From: a virus
Virus record (IMG/VR): IMGVR_UViG_3300028625_000001
Coordinates: 1 to 64,000 of that record
Length of the DNA stretch: 64,000 bases
Direction: 5' to 3' (one strand)
Both the position numbers and the translations under genes were made by a program. The notes under the pieces are model-generated. The model saw only the letters and a list, made by a program, of their open reading frames with translations, did not search any database and was not told the origin of the DNA. This document shows positions 50,201-61,400 of the stretch, piece after piece (positions within the stretch are counted from its first letter, which is position 1; each line of letters opens with the position of its first letter).

Positions 50201-53200
50201 TTGGACAAGCTACCAAAAGAGAAGAATATAAAACTCTTGCTTGAGTTCGACCCCGACAATATCAAGGCTGTCCAAGAAGCGCTTTCCGGCTCTCTTCAAG
50301 ACCTACTGGACCAGAAGATAAAAGAGTCAGGGTTTGGCGGCTTAATCAATACAATAACCGGCAAAACGGGGACTTCTTCTGCTTTATTAGCCTTGTTGCA
50401 GAAAGACTTTTATACACAAAGCCTAAAGAGTCCAATGGAGACATATAGGGAAATATTCAGACATCTCTATGGTGTTTCCAATGAAGGTGCATTTTACGAG
50501 TCTCAATTGGCAATCACCGAGATTTTAGGTAAGCGGATGGAAGGGTTAACGAACCTAATCGAAGAGCTTGACCGGTATGAGGCTATCTATAACGAGATTC
50601 TTAGTTTACCAGAGGAAAGAAGAAGTTCCGCAGGGAAGGAGTTCGTGTCCATCTTCGACTCTCTTGACCTCAAAAACGTGAAAAGAGAGTATATGTTACT
50701 TTTCGAAGGTTATAGAAGCTATATAGAACTCTTCCAAGAATATACAAAAGAAATAGAAGGAATGGCCTTCTCGGATTATATTGATGCTAATTTTGATATC
50801 TCTAACCTAGACTTCGACAATGCAGAAAAACTTATAGAAGCCTTACAGGGAGAAAACACAGAAAGGTCCTTGAAGCAGATTCTTATTTTAAGTGCTGCAA
50901 TTGGACAGGCCACAAAGAGGATAGAGGGGTTGGGGAACGAGCTCCAGGATGTCGAAATTCCCCAGGATGATCTTGATGCGCTTATAAAGTCTTTCAATAT
51001 CCAGGAGCAAACAAATGTCCTCGGAGATATAGGAGAGGATATCGAGATCGGTGTTGGTGCAATCAACAAGATTTACTCCGACGTTATGAAGACGATTCTC
51101 TCTCTCGATTCATTCAAAGCGCTTGAACAAATTAAGAACTTACAATCTCAGTTCGCGGCGTATCATATGGTCGAGAAAAGTAGCGTTGTTTATGCTCTTG
51201 ATGACTATTTTCAGACCTTCAAAGACTTGCAGCCACTGGAACAAGTTCTATCAACCACGTTTGGTAAGACTTCGTGGAAAGGGATGTTAGCCAGACTAAA
51301 TCTCCTTGAGAGTACGAAAGAGGAGAGTCTAGCCCCGGAAATAATAGGGATCTATAAACCCTTCTTAGAGGATATGGTAGCAATTCAAGAACTTGCTCTT
51401 GAATACATAACCAATGAGCTTAACTCTCTTAAGGAAATTGAGGATGCAACTTTTGCCACGACAGAAGAGGCAATTAACTATCTCTTCAAGACTAATTTTG
51501 GAGCCAATTGGGAAGACATAGCCCAGCTTGCTATAGGGCAGCCCGGGGTCAGAGGGGACAAACTTGTTTCTCAGCTAGGAATACTTGTCGGACAGGTAAA
51601 GTCGGCGAAACCGGAGGAACTAGACATAGAATCTCTCTATAAAGACATTATCGGAAACCTCGATATGCTTTCTTCTGAAGAGTTCGCAATAGTTCAGAAC
51701 ATGATCCTTGCCGGTGATAGAAGTGTTGACTGGATAAAGAAGTATTCCGACATAATCAATAAGAGAGAGGATACGCTTTCTGAGGCGGAATCGGTCATAA
51801 GACGTCAACTTGACGAGATGAAGCTTTCTATGCCAGACACTCAGGTACGCGATCTCCGTTGGTCCGGGGCGTATTCCCCAGACAAAGAAATAGAGATCGT
51901 TACTAAATACATAAGTCAAGTCTCCGCACTTGTTGCTGCTCAGACTAAGGCTTTAGGCATAGAAGACCCATTAATAATAGAAAAGTTGCAGGACGCCTTC
52001 GATATCGGCGCCGGGAGTTCTTTTATTGAACGTCTTGGTGATTTAGAGCTTCAGATAAAGGAGAATACCGAACAGTTTCTTAGCCAATACCAGAGCGTTC
52101 TTGACGGAGTAACTTTCCCAATAGAGCTGGCGGCAGAAATGCAATCAGACCTGACTAAAAAAGCCGCGGTCATAAGGAATAAGACCAGACATGTTTTTAC
52201 CACAGTCCCAGAGGTCTTGAAGACCTATGTAGATCGATTGATAAATCTCATAGGGTCAAGAGACATGGTATATATCGAGAACGAACTAAACGATATACAG
52301 ACCAGCCTTAAGGAGATCGACCCGACAAGTCTTACTGAACAAGATCTTGATAAACTGTCCGAACTGATGGGATATGTCAATTCATGGTCATCTACCATAG
52401 TAGATGCAATCTATGGAAACGTAGGTTCTACTCAGAAAGAATTAACCAACACCATAAATCTTCTAAGACAGAACCAGAACGAACCCATCTTAGAAGAACA
52501 ATACCAGAATCTATTCGACGCGATCCTTGAAATGTATGATAATATCCTTTCTAATGCCGAATCGATGGAGGATAACCTGGCGATAATCGGGAAAAATACG
52601 CTACGGACAACGATTATCTCCACTATCGAACAGGCAAAAAAAGAGGTTGAAGCGATTGCCAAGCAAGGGACGGGCGCCGATCTCAATAAACTCCAATCCC
52701 TCCTTGATCTATCCTCTGTCCTACAGGCTAGAATTGATAGCTACAATGAACTCTCGGCTAGTATAGAAGCCGGGATTAGCATGTATGACAAGAACGAAAC
52801 CATACAATTGATAGTGAATGGTATGGAGGAGATTTTTGAGCGCGGGGAGAAGAGGCTTGCCGAGTCTCTAACAATCAGGGTAGAAGACATATACGCAATA
52901 ATGAGTTCCTTGATAAGCGGAGATACCGCCGGACTAGCTTTCAGCGAAGATGTGTCTGGACTCATAGCCTCTCTTAATGCCGATCAGAGAAAAGCTGTGT
53001 ACGATAGATTCAATAGAGAGGTTCAAAAAACCAGATTTGGCGCTCAACAGAACATCGAAGCTCTCTTAAACCAGACACAGTACGGTCAGTTTACCGACCA
53101 GATAACCAGCATAGAGAATCTCTTGGGCCTAAACCGTGAACTTGGCGGGACTGGACTCGCAAAGCTTATACAGACCTCTTTAGATCAATTATACGGTGAT

Positions 53201-56200
53201 ATATATGCTTCGATAATAGGGGTTGTAGCTTCTGTGGATTCAGATATCCAATCTTATATAGACTCCGGTTTTGCGGCGGAATATCTTCCCGATCTGACTC
53301 TTCTTAAAAACAGACTTATTTCCTTTTTGGAAACACCTATAACTACTCTTGAAGAGGCAAAAGAGGCGGCAGTAGAGTTAGAAAAGTTTACAGATGAGTT
53401 TGACAGGATCTCGACCGCAACAGCTTCAAGAAGAACCGAAGCACAAAGAGAGGCAGAAAGAATATTAGAGTCGATTGACACAATTATAGGCTCGGATAAT
53501 GAGTCGATTGAAGTATATAGACGTGCTTTGCAAGAGATGCGAACTCTCGATATAACCGATCCATTTGTCAAAAGCCTACTTTCAAAAGAACTCGCTCAAA
53601 GAGAGAAAGAGTACAACGCGGCTATAGCAGATTACTTTGTTATGAATACCGATAACACAGTCTCCAGAGTCATAGAGGAAATAGAGATATATTCAAGAGC
53701 CGAAAGAGGACAGAGAGAGTACGACTATATCGACGACCAGGTAATCGGCTTGAAGGATAATCTAACCTCTCTCCGCGAGACTATAAATGAAGCTTTACAG
53801 TATGGCATCTCTGCCCCTGAAACAATTAGAAAGCTGGATGAATACATTTCGGGGCTAGATTCTATAACTAAAGAGAACCTTCTTGACCAGGGAGTCGAAA
53901 TCCTTGCGAGGTTAGACCTAGAATTAAAGTTTATAACTGATACGTCCAGAGAGGTTAGAGAAGAACAAACTCGCTTCTTGGGGCAATACGAGGGGTATTT
54001 TGACCGTTTCTCCGAACTCTCCCTTGATACGGTTGAAAACATTCGCAAGTACCGTGAGGTATATGAGCAAGCAAGGGCTGAAATCGATACTTCAATCCCC
54101 TTTCTTGCCGAAGGGATGAGGAATGTCGAGGAGAATATTCTATCGGCTTACGAACCACAACTAGACCTCATTAAGAGTCTAGCCGACCTTCATTTCGATT
54201 ACTGGCTTATGGGCTATGGTGGTCCCGAATACGACAAGATCAAAGAGTATATAAAGCAGCTTGAAGCCATGCCTGCACAGGCGACGGCTCCCGGAGAGGT
54301 TTTTACCTACCTCGAAGACATCTTGACCATAAGAGAGTCTGTGGATCTCTGGACTGACGAGTTTAACTCTCTTTCCAACGAATATACCAAGCAGTTCAGA
54401 GACTATCAGAAGAGGTTTGATGAAGTGAGCTCGATGACCTCGATCTATGAGCAAGCCCGTGCAGCGGGACAGCTCAGGGACGAATTAAAGGCTCAAATGC
54501 AGATCCTTCAGACAAAAGAAGTCTCTGCCTATAGCACATATGCTATAAACAATCTGACTGAAATGTTCAATTCCCTTACTGAAATAGTCGATGACTACGG
54601 TACTCAGTTTAAGATGGACTACCTCGGTTCCTTCAAACAAATGGTGATAGAAAGGACCGACACTTCTCAATTCAGGGAACGAATGATCGATCAATCACTT
54701 GATTGGTTGAGCACTCTTTATGGCTATCGTCAGCAATTGACAGAGGCAATGCCGTGGGGATGGGAAGACAGAGGAGGACTACTCTCTTTAATCGATGAGG
54801 CTGTCGCCGCTTTAAGAGGAGAAATTACAGGGACCGATTTCCTTGAAGAAGGAGACTTAAACAATCTCGAAGCCATCATAGCTAAAATGAAGCAAGCGCT
54901 AGTAGATTTGTCTGAGGTCCAGAACGACTTTACTCAAAGATTCGGTTTGACTATAGAACAAATTGGAGAAATATCGCTCAACACCGCAATCTCTCTCCAG
55001 GACTACAACGATAGGCTCATTCAGTTGAAGGCGGATATATCTGAGCATTACGAGGGACAGATCCCGCAAAACGTATTAGAAATCATAGAAGGGCTTGAAA
55101 AGAGTTATGTCAATGCTAAGACCTCTCTTATAGAATCGATTAAGAAGGACGCGGAAAATCTAGCCCTTGGAGAATATTCAAGTATCCTCCTTTCTCTTTC
55201 CGCTGTGGTTGGCGATAACAGGTTGCCCGGGGCGGAAGACGCCCAAGCCATGATAGAAGGATCTTTAACCAAAGAATTGAAGTCTATGTTTAAGAGTAAT
55301 ATCTATCAAATGAGGACCGATCTTATATCCAGAAGAAGATGGTTGACGACCCAACCGAACGCAGGCAAAGACATCGAGACTATCGATGCACTCCTCTCTG
55401 ATTTAGCTTCTATCAATTTTGCAGAAGCTACAGACTTGGCCTCTTTAACTAACGTAGCCAAAAGAGTGGTGGTACTTTCTTCAAACATCAAAGACCTTCT
55501 CGATGGTTACGATAGGATTGAGGAAGAGATTGAGTCTAACACTATTCTTCAGGATCTCCAGGCTGAATTGGAAACGATAAAAGGAGAGAAGGATGTAATA
55601 GTCCAATACCAATTAGCTCAAAAATTCAAAGGAAAGTTGGCCGCGGCAAGCCTCTTCGCCAGCAACATTATCGGGGGTATAATGGGAGACCTCATAGCCC
55701 AACAGATAAATATGTGGCTTAGAGAACTCACCGACATGACTAATATAGACATAAGAGACTCCGAAATAGTCAACATTATCGATATGATAAGGCAAGTCCA
55801 GACTGGATATCCTCATTCACAATCGATGGTTCGAACAACACTTAGAGATTATGTGCTCGGTCTTAGCAGTAATGTATCTATGATAAATGAAGCTGCCAGC
55901 TATGGAATCGGCGGGACTGAACAAGTCTTGTTAGGGATAGAAGAGATAGCGAGGTTGATAGATCAGGCGATAAGCGATCCCAGCTCAGTTAGCCTGACTG
56001 ATCTTGAAAACAAGATCGAAGAAGTCAAAGAACGTATAGACAATATAAAGACCTTCTCTGAAGATGCCCAAAGAAAGTTCTCTTCAAAATACGGATTCGC
56101 AGTAGAGGAGCTTCAACAGAGGGATGTGTCTGACTTAACTGCCGCTTTAGACTTCTTAAATGATTATGTCGAGTTAAGAGACTTGATACTAAGCGATGCG

Positions 56201-57907
56201 GATTATGCCAACGCTCCGGCTATACAAAGTTTGCTTAATAGCTTAAAAGCACGCGTTACAGACAGCACGGCTTTGTCCGCATTTAATATCCAGGAGAACC
56301 TTCTCTGGAAACTGAAGACGACTCAAGAAAACGTCCTCTCGATGACTGGAACTTCAGACCCACAACAGAGATATAAGATGGTCCTGGATATACTCGATCA
56401 GTTAGCTTTTATTGAATCGACGGCTCCGGTGGGGTTTAAGACTAGCTTGACTAAAGGGTTATCCGCTCCATACGCATTGGCCAACGTTGGTAGTTTTCAG
56501 GACGCTTTAGCCTTTAGACTTGCAAATATCATAAACGAGATAGCTTCACCGGAATATCTCAGCGCACTCGCCGCAGATCTTTTTGCAGAAGAAGAGAATA
56601 AGACTTATAAAGACAGCCTAAGCGCGAGCATAAGGGGGAAACTCGCCGACGTAAAACTTCTCTATGACGAGATAGGCTCCCTTGCCGGAGAATACGTTGT
56701 GACTAACTTCTCCCTTCAGACAGAAGAGATGACGAACACTTTCTACGACTATATCTCTAGCGTCAAGAATATCTATGACCAGATGAAAGAAGTAGGACTC
56801 ATAGATAGAGGTTGGTGGGATGAAAATGTTGCCCCGATGTTGGCAACGATGGAGATCCCGGACGGGGAAGTTACCGCCGAACAATTTGTTGCTTTCTATG
56901 AAAAGATTATATCCTTCATAACCATGTTCGAGGAACAAGGGATCGGTGAAGGCGGCTATATCTACCAGAGTATGCTGGATTACATCTCGGAGATAGAAAA
57001 TGCACTTGCACTAGAACCAGAATCGACCTTTGAGGCGAATCTAAAGCGGACAGCACAGGGCTTGCTTGCAGAGAAAAATAAGATAGACTTCGTGAAGTCT
57101 ATGGGCTTTAATACAGAAAGATTGCAACAACTCTGGCTGGAGAAGGTTTTAGAACAGGCTAATAAGGGAGTAGAGGATTACAAAACCTTACTTGAGGAAT
57201 ATCAAGAGGGTTTAGGATTCTATGAAATAGAAGACCCGCAGTATAAGGCGGCACTAGAAAAGGCAATTCAGGAACTTGAGAAGATCGATTCCTTCCCTGA
57301 GATGGTGGAGAAGATGGCTGAGATATTCTCCCTCATTGCCGAAGCGGGGGGCTCCCTTGAAAAATTAAACAACGAGATTGAAAAGACAGCCGCCATTGAT
57401 GAATTGAGAGAAGCGATAGGCACCGGGCTCGGAGGTATTGCCGGGTCTGTGTCTCATCCAGCCTTCAAAGGATTCTTTAACCTACTTTCAGATGCGACAA
57501 AGTTCCTTGACCCGAAGATAACCGAGCAACAAATGAAGGAAGCTTACTCTCTTATGGCGGAGAATTTCATAAACATATTTACTGGACTATTCGATCAAGA
57601 CCAGGGTTGGGTAAAGGGAATGAATATAGGAGCTCAATTCGGTCAGACAGTTGGCCCGGCTCTAACTTCGATGATAGCAAGTATGGGATATTCCAATCCT
57701 ATGATCTCCTTTGGAACCGTTATAGTCTCGGCGCTCGCCGGGGCAATAATCGGTTCTCTTACAGACAATTCAGAAAGTACAAGAGACAATACAGAGGCAA
57801 TAAGAGAACTTACAAGGACTATGAAAGAGTTTAAGTTGCAGACCTTTGCTATGCCGGACGCTTTTTATATGTACGGCATCAATATTCAACGCGGATATTC
57901 TAGTTAA
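47291..57907 (+). CDS. tail tape measure protein (3538 aa)
   Basis: Mostly helical, coiled-coil-like sequence. TP901-type TMP core (...MTEFARQGLRGEELLYATQAGLLATQATPLSAEESTKALIAMSKQFNI...VANNFAVEAKDLTEGLSIVGQVASITGATIDD...). Hydrophobic segments. RBS AGGGGGGA. Confidence 0.85.
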   Translation: MEPQDTYDYLLTMGVDAKKVFETFNKIDERADQIGQNIDLKGLQRLTTEMTNVQKQLTTIITDFNRLGTITGKVAAPINTKGIENAKQQVSSLSDAINKVNQQVGASIESQSKQVEQKFTKSLSDFVKKNKEISSSIPATYKDAFAALSAEVQKTIPKIQEEMRKLVDIWDQQSPEVKGQTPLKSLIPSQQIALDMEDGKKAIFEVTYQYDRLKDEMTAVVKASNDVAKSMKDIPTMKVFGQAVEPVEKVKTSLEETATTIKTRYGEAFQTFNRHINESFPKAEERIKKFADEWAKMSEEQKRQTPLSKIADPDYFVIELEDGKKALYEISYAYDEVNKQVVANVKAHNEFAKSLDEIPNKVKLSGQAMVNNFSNATEVTRKTQSAFMDLAREIKDSVPVMKEQMESYVREWEKVRGIDQESIPLDAMKKTKQFVVDIGNGQKALYEATYTFNRMTGEVSTSVKAVNDFAKAFDGIPGKFDVAKRAGRGVVDTLRNIQTVGLAAQKVFTWLVATTLIYGTIRSFQKYVSMLSEIEEKFITLQKVTSDTGTVERYFETAMVLADAYRMKIQDTLDVMTEFARQGLRGEELLYATQAGLLATQATPLSAEESTKALIAMSKQFNIAAEDLAQTVDKITNVANNFAVEAKDLTEGLSIVGQVASITGATIDDMSAIIATAGTVTKKAGNEIGNAWKVIISRIYGSEQSQREISNLLGLPMVDIVNQPLVELLAQMADRWKTVDESQKNAVASAIVGRRRYADLVAVLENFDLVVDAAATSISSFGAAERAVSLQFDSFKSAVQELKNTAYNLTRTFGDELLNALAGAIDPERIGALITATVAPTVINAFYKIFTKTAFLSKGWLGLVTAAIAGIGFAIVSHLEKVEQLRRHYTRLDNEVDTLTKGYKDLQVQLSKIDSSTKDAAFEQQKLQLALTKTKDRIRELIPFVTKISEIDGKLSFDIDEESYMYAQELLDKLPKEKNIKLLLEFDPDNIKAVQEALSGSLQDLLDQKIKESGFGGLINTITGKTGTSSALLALLQKDFYTQSLKSPMETYREIFRHLYGVSNEGAFYESQLAITEILGKRMEGLTNLIEELDRYEAIYNEILSLPEERRSSAGKEFVSIFDSLDLKNVKREYMLLFEGYRSYIELFQEYTKEIEGMAFSDYIDANFDISNLDFDNAEKLIEALQGENTERSLKQILILSAAIGQATKRIEGLGNELQDVEIPQDDLDALIKSFNIQEQTNVLGDIGEDIEIGVGAINKIYSDVMKTILSLDSFKALEQIKNLQSQFAAYHMVEKSSVVYALDDYFQTFKDLQPLEQVLSTTFGKTSWKGMLARLNLLESTKEESLAPEIIGIYKPFLEDMVAIQELALEYITNELNSLKEIEDATFATTEEAINYLFKTNFGANWEDIAQLAIGQPGVRGDKLVSQLGILVGQVKSAKPEELDIESLYKDIIGNLDMLSSEEFAIVQNMILAGDRSVDWIKKYSDIINKREDTLSEAESVIRRQLDEMKLSMPDTQVRDLRWSGAYSPDKEIEIVTKYISQVSALVAAQTKALGIEDPLIIEKLQDAFDIGAGSSFIERLGDLELQIKENTEQFLSQYQSVLDGVTFPIELAAEMQSDLTKKAAVIRNKTRHVFTTVPEVLKTYVDRLINLIGSRDMVYIENELNDIQTSLKEIDPTSLTEQDLDKLSELMGYVNSWSSTIVDAIYGNVGSTQKELTNTINLLRQNQNEPILEEQYQNLFDAILEMYDNILSNAESMEDNLAIIGKNTLRTTIISTIEQAKKEVEAIAKQGTGADLNKLQSLLDLSSVLQARIDSYNELSASIEAGISMYDKNETIQLIVNGMEEIFERGEKRLAESLTIRVEDIYAIMSSLISGDTAGLAFSEDVSGLIASLNADQRKAVYDRFNREVQKTRFGAQQNIEALLNQTQYGQFTDQITSIENLLGLNRELGGTGLAKLIQTSLDQLYGDIYASIIGVVASVDSDIQSYIDSGFAAEYLPDLTLLKNRLISFLETPITTLEEAKEAAVELEKFTDEFDRISTATASRRTEAQREAERILESIDTIIGSDNESIEVYRRALQEMRTLDITDPFVKSLLSKELAQREKEYNAAIADYFVMNTDNTVSRVIEEIEIYSRAERGQREYDYIDDQVIGLKDNLTSLRETINEALQYGISAPETIRKLDEYISGLDSITKENLLDQGVEILARLDLELKFITDTSREVREEQTRFLGQYEGYFDRFSELSLDTVENIRKYREVYEQARAEIDTSIPFLAEGMRNVEENILSAYEPQLDLIKSLADLHFDYWLMGYGGPEYDKIKEYIKQLEAMPAQATAPGEVFTYLEDILTIRESVDLWTDEFNSLSNEYTKQFRDYQKRFDEVSSMTSIYEQARAAGQLRDELKAQMQILQTKEVSAYSTYAINNLTEMFNSLTEIVDDYGTQFKMDYLGSFKQMVIERTDTSQFRERMIDQSLDWLSTLYGYRQQLTEAMPWGWEDRGGLLSLIDEAVAALRGEITGTDFLEEGDLNNLEAIIAKMKQALVDLSEVQNDFTQRFGLTIEQIGEISLNTAISLQDYNDRLIQLKADISEHYEGQIPQNVLEIIEGLEKSYVNAKTSLIESIKKDAENLALGEYSSILLSLSAVVGDNRLPGAEDAQAMIEGSLTKELKSMFKSNIYQMRTDLISRRRWLTTQPNAGKDIETIDALLSDLASINFAEATDLASLTNVAKRVVVLSSNIKDLLDGYDRIEEEIESNTILQDLQAELETIKGEKDVIVQYQLAQKFKGKLAAASLFASNIIGGIMGDLIAQQINMWLRELTDMTNIDIRDSEIVNIIDMIRQVQTGYPHSQSMVRTTLRDYVLGLSSNVSMINEAASYGIGGTEQVLLGIEEIARLIDQAISDPSSVSLTDLENKIEEVKERIDNIKTFSEDAQRKFSSKYGFAVEELQQRDVSDLTAALDFLNDYVELRDLILSDADYANAPAIQSLLNSLKARVTDSTALSAFNIQENLLWKLKTTQENVLSMTGTSDPQQRYKMVLDILDQLAFIESTAPVGFKTSLTKGLSAPYALANVGSFQDALAFRLANIINEIASPEYLSALAADLFAEEENKTYKDSLSASIRGKLADVKLLYDEIGSLAGEYVVTNFSLQTEEMTNTFYDYISSVKNIYDQMKEVGLIDRGWWDENVAPMLATMEIPDGEVTAEQFVAFYEKIISFITMFEEQGIGEGGYIYQSMLDYISEIENALALEPESTFEANLKRTAQGLLAEKNKIDFVKSMGFNTERLQQLWLEKVLEQANKGVEDYKTLLEEYQEGLGFYEIEDPQYKAALEKAIQELEKIDSFPEMVEKMAEIFSLIAEAGGSLEKLNNEIEKTAAIDELREAIGTGLGGIAGSVSHPAFKGFFNLLSDATKFLDPKITEQQMKEAYSLMAENFINIFTGLFDQDQGWVKGMNIGAQFGQTVGPALTSMIASMGYSNPMISFGTVIVSALAGAIIGSLTDNSESTRDNTEAIRELTRTMKEFKLQTFAMPDAFYMYGINIQRGYSS

Positions 57908-57910
57908 TTA

Positions 57911-57947
57911 GAGGGCGGGGATATCCCCCGCTCTCCTTCTTCTTTTT
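57911..57947 (+). terminator. rho-independent terminator
   Basis: GAGGGCGGGG-ATATC-CCCCGCTCTC followed by CTTCTTCTTTTT. Confidence 0.75.
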
Positions 57948-57962
57948 GAGAGGAGGATCATC

Positions 57963-58406
57963 ATGACCTATAAATGGTTAATTACATACACAGAGGGCAG
58001 CGAACAAAAAAACAAAGAACTGAAAGTAAACCCGACCTCGATGCGAGATGGTTCTTCAGTCTCGGTCCAGAAAGATATCGATTTGAAGAATCAACCCATG
58101 ACAATTATTATTGGCGATTACCAGAGAACTTCTTTCACGGCCGAAATCCTTTATGGCGATGAAGAAGAACTCTTGTTTTGGAATACCCTAGCAGCTATGC
58201 AAACGGTCTTTACAATAAAGGATCATGTGTATCGCAGAGCCGAAAGCGACGGAGTATTTCCCGTGGGTGTAACTACTCTTACAGAGCTGGAACCGTTACA
58301 CAAACACCAGTGCGTGTTATCCAACATAAGTCACACCTATATAACGCGGACTGTCCCCCAGAGATACAACATTACCCTGACTTTTGAGCCTGTGGTGACG
58401 TCATGA
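57963..58406 (+). CDS. distal tail protein candidate (147 aa)
   Basis: RBS GAGAGGAGGA. First ORF after the tape measure gene (positional call). Confidence 0.45.
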   Translation: MTYKWLITYTEGSEQKNKELKVNPTSMRDGSSVSVQKDIDLKNQPMTIIIGDYQRTSFTAEILYGDEEELLFWNTLAAMQTVFTIKDHVYRRAESDGVFPVGVTTLTELEPLHKHQCVLSNISHTYITRTVPQRYNITLTFEPVVTS

Positions 58407-61400
58407 CGTATATAGGGACTCAGAATTTCTTCAATCTAAAGTATAAGGTCGAAGTATATGATGGTGCTTCTTGGGTAGAAGTCCGCCTGGGGACAGGGAC
58501 TCTCGACAGAGACGTCGATTATATCTCTTCGACTCTAACTCTTCAAGGGATAGACGGTGCTTATTGGTATAGAAACTCCGACCCTATTCTGGGAGCCGAT
58601 GATGAGCCTTTATTGAAGGCTGGAAGACGGATAAGGGTAATGAGAATTTGGGGCAAGACCAACCCAATAAGCGAACAACGTTTCGTCGGCTATATAGGGA
58701 CGCCGAAATACGATGCAAAAACAAGAAAAGTCTCTGTAGAGGCTTATTGTGATCTATATTGGGTCTTAAGGTCGGAAGTCGTCTTCGATACGATTAATAG
58801 AAACAACAGCACTAAACGGGTCGTTTCTTTCAATGGAGCTTATGATGAAACTAAGACTTTACTGTATTCAGAGACGACTAATTGGTATGACTTTGCGGGG
58901 CCTACCGGCGGCTTAATTCGCCCGCGGATACAACTTACCATTCCTTCGGCTTATTCTACAAAGCCTTATATATTAGGAAGACTATCCAATATAAAGCTTG
59001 AGATAAAGAACCCCGGCCCATTTCTGAACGATCAGGTCAATATAGAGATGACTACCTTTCTTTATGTCAATGGAGATGAAGACGCACGCGTAGCGGAAGT
59101 GAAGACGACCATCAATAAGTCCGCAAAACCGAATGATGTAATAGAAATTTCCCTGGGGGATATCTCCTTCGCGCTAACTTCTTATCCTAGTCAAATACAT
59201 CTTGGTGCGGATTTTGAACTGCTTGAAGGTTGTGCAATTTTCACTTCTTTAATCCCTGGCCTGGGGAATATCCTTGCGGGCTGTCTTTATAGATATAGCT
59301 ATGATCTGTTTATCACGGGGTATGAAACGACAGACGACATAATAACAGTAGATAAAACGGTAGTTGGAGACGGAATAGTCTTGACTATACAAGACTCATC
59401 AGGCAGTCCGAAAACGATAGATGAGTCTATGTTCGTGGGCGTAAAGATCCTTTCCCCATTCATAAACCCAAAGACAAAAGATTGGTTCACTACAGAAGAA
59501 TTGACAGATGAACAGCCGACTCCGACAGGGCTTATATCGGAAAAGGAGGTCCTGCCGGGGGACCAGGGCTTTGTTTTGGGTGCACTAAAGGGACAGATCA
59601 TTTTACCAAGCACAACAATTCCCAATCATATAAGAGATTACGTAGTCTATCAGAAAGAATGGCTTCTCTCAGACATTATAAAGAACGCCATTATCACGGC
59701 TTATCTCATAGATTCCAACTATTCCCTTCAAGAACTCCTGACCGATCTATTGACCAGGAGCGGCGCGAGCAACTTGAGCCTAACCTCCACTTATCCTACT
59801 CTTGTAAAGGTTGGAAGCTATTCGATCGCTAAGAGGACGAAGTTTGAAGATATTCTACGCGAGCTGAAGGGCGGCGTCTTGCCGCGGAGTTATGTCCTTT
59901 ATTCCGATACGAGCGGACAGGTCAAAGACGATGTTTATTCCGTTTCTTCTGCAAGTCTAAGACAGTTTTCAAGGGCAAAAAACAGGACCCCCGCGGAGAG
60001 ATCCCCCGACGAGCTGGTGACTGCCTATCAGATAACGGTAGGTAAGGTAGACTCCTTAGAAATACTGAAAAATAAGTCGTACTATGTCGGATTAGACTCG
60101 GATAATGAATCTTTTCTAAAGTCGGTCAACAACTATGGAGATTCCTTATTCGAAAAAGACTTGGGTGGAGAGACAACATTATACGCCTTCTTACAACCGG
60201 ACGTCATTCCAAGATACATCGATCTTCAGTTCGAATATATTCAGAACGACGATCCTGTAGAAGTTTCGTCTCAAGTATTCGTAGCTCTTTGGGAAGACTT
60301 GATGGACCTGTCAGGTCCTCTTTCTTTCAGCGATCTCCCCTGGAAGAATGTCGGCGGGCAAGGCAGCAACACTTATCTCGGGAGTGGATTAAGTACGATA
60401 GATATAAGCGGGATGATAAGCAGACCGGTAGCAGCGATTAAGATCGTCCTTGACATAAAAGGAACGGTAGCCTTCAAAAGGTGGTTCCTATACGAGGACA
60501 CAGAGACTAAGCACGTTGAGCTCTCCCCTTATCCGCAAAATGTCCCTGTAAAAGTTGCTAAATATGTTTGGAATGGAGACGAAGAACCGACGGGTGACGA
60601 CGTATCAAATATTGCAGCGACCGGATATATTGACCCGATACCAGGTTCTACGACCTATAAATTGATAGCCACAAAACACTTCCTTTATTCTCCATCATTA
60701 AGCAGGTTCGAGATAGATACCGATAGACCTGTGGTAGGAACCTCGAATAAAAACATCCTATTGCCCTATGAAGGACTTGCCGTATCAAACGAGAAGTATA
60801 TGGCAGCGCCTTTTGCCGACAACTGCAACCGGAACGAGGCACAATACGGTCTTGCTTGCGGAATATTCAAGGCTCGCGGAGAAGGATTGCCCAGAGCGAC
60901 GATAAGTCAGATAGATGTCTGGAGAGTCGGTCATATGGCAGACCAGGAACAATACACTTTCCCGACAAAAGGCGACCTCTCCGGGACTCCGAAAGGAGTC
61001 TTGATATTTACCAACGAGTCTTCCGACGACTCGGGAATAGACCATGACATAATATATATAGAGTCGGCCAATATGACTTATACAGCTAAAAAAATAAGCT
61101 TCACTCTACCGACGATGGTTCATATATTGTTGGTGTCAAGCAACCTTCCGGGAGTTTTAGATAAGAAGGTCAATGCTATTGCGGCTTTCAACTATACTTC
61201 ATCGCAAATCCCCTATATCTCCAGAGATTTAGGCAGAAACGACGCTTTCTTGGTGGATGACGGGATAATGCGATATCTCATGACTTATGCCGCGTTTGAT
61301 ACTATTACTTTCAATAAAGAGTCTTGTCCGGTTACGGTCCCTATAGACGATTCGGGCAATATTGTTGATTTCTTAGATCGAGTCGATATCTATGACCCCG

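Noticed and set aside
47386-57834. About 20 small ORFs on both strands inside the tape measure gene
   Set aside because: They are nested within a single uninterrupted 10.6-kb ORF with TMP motifs, and none has translation signals.
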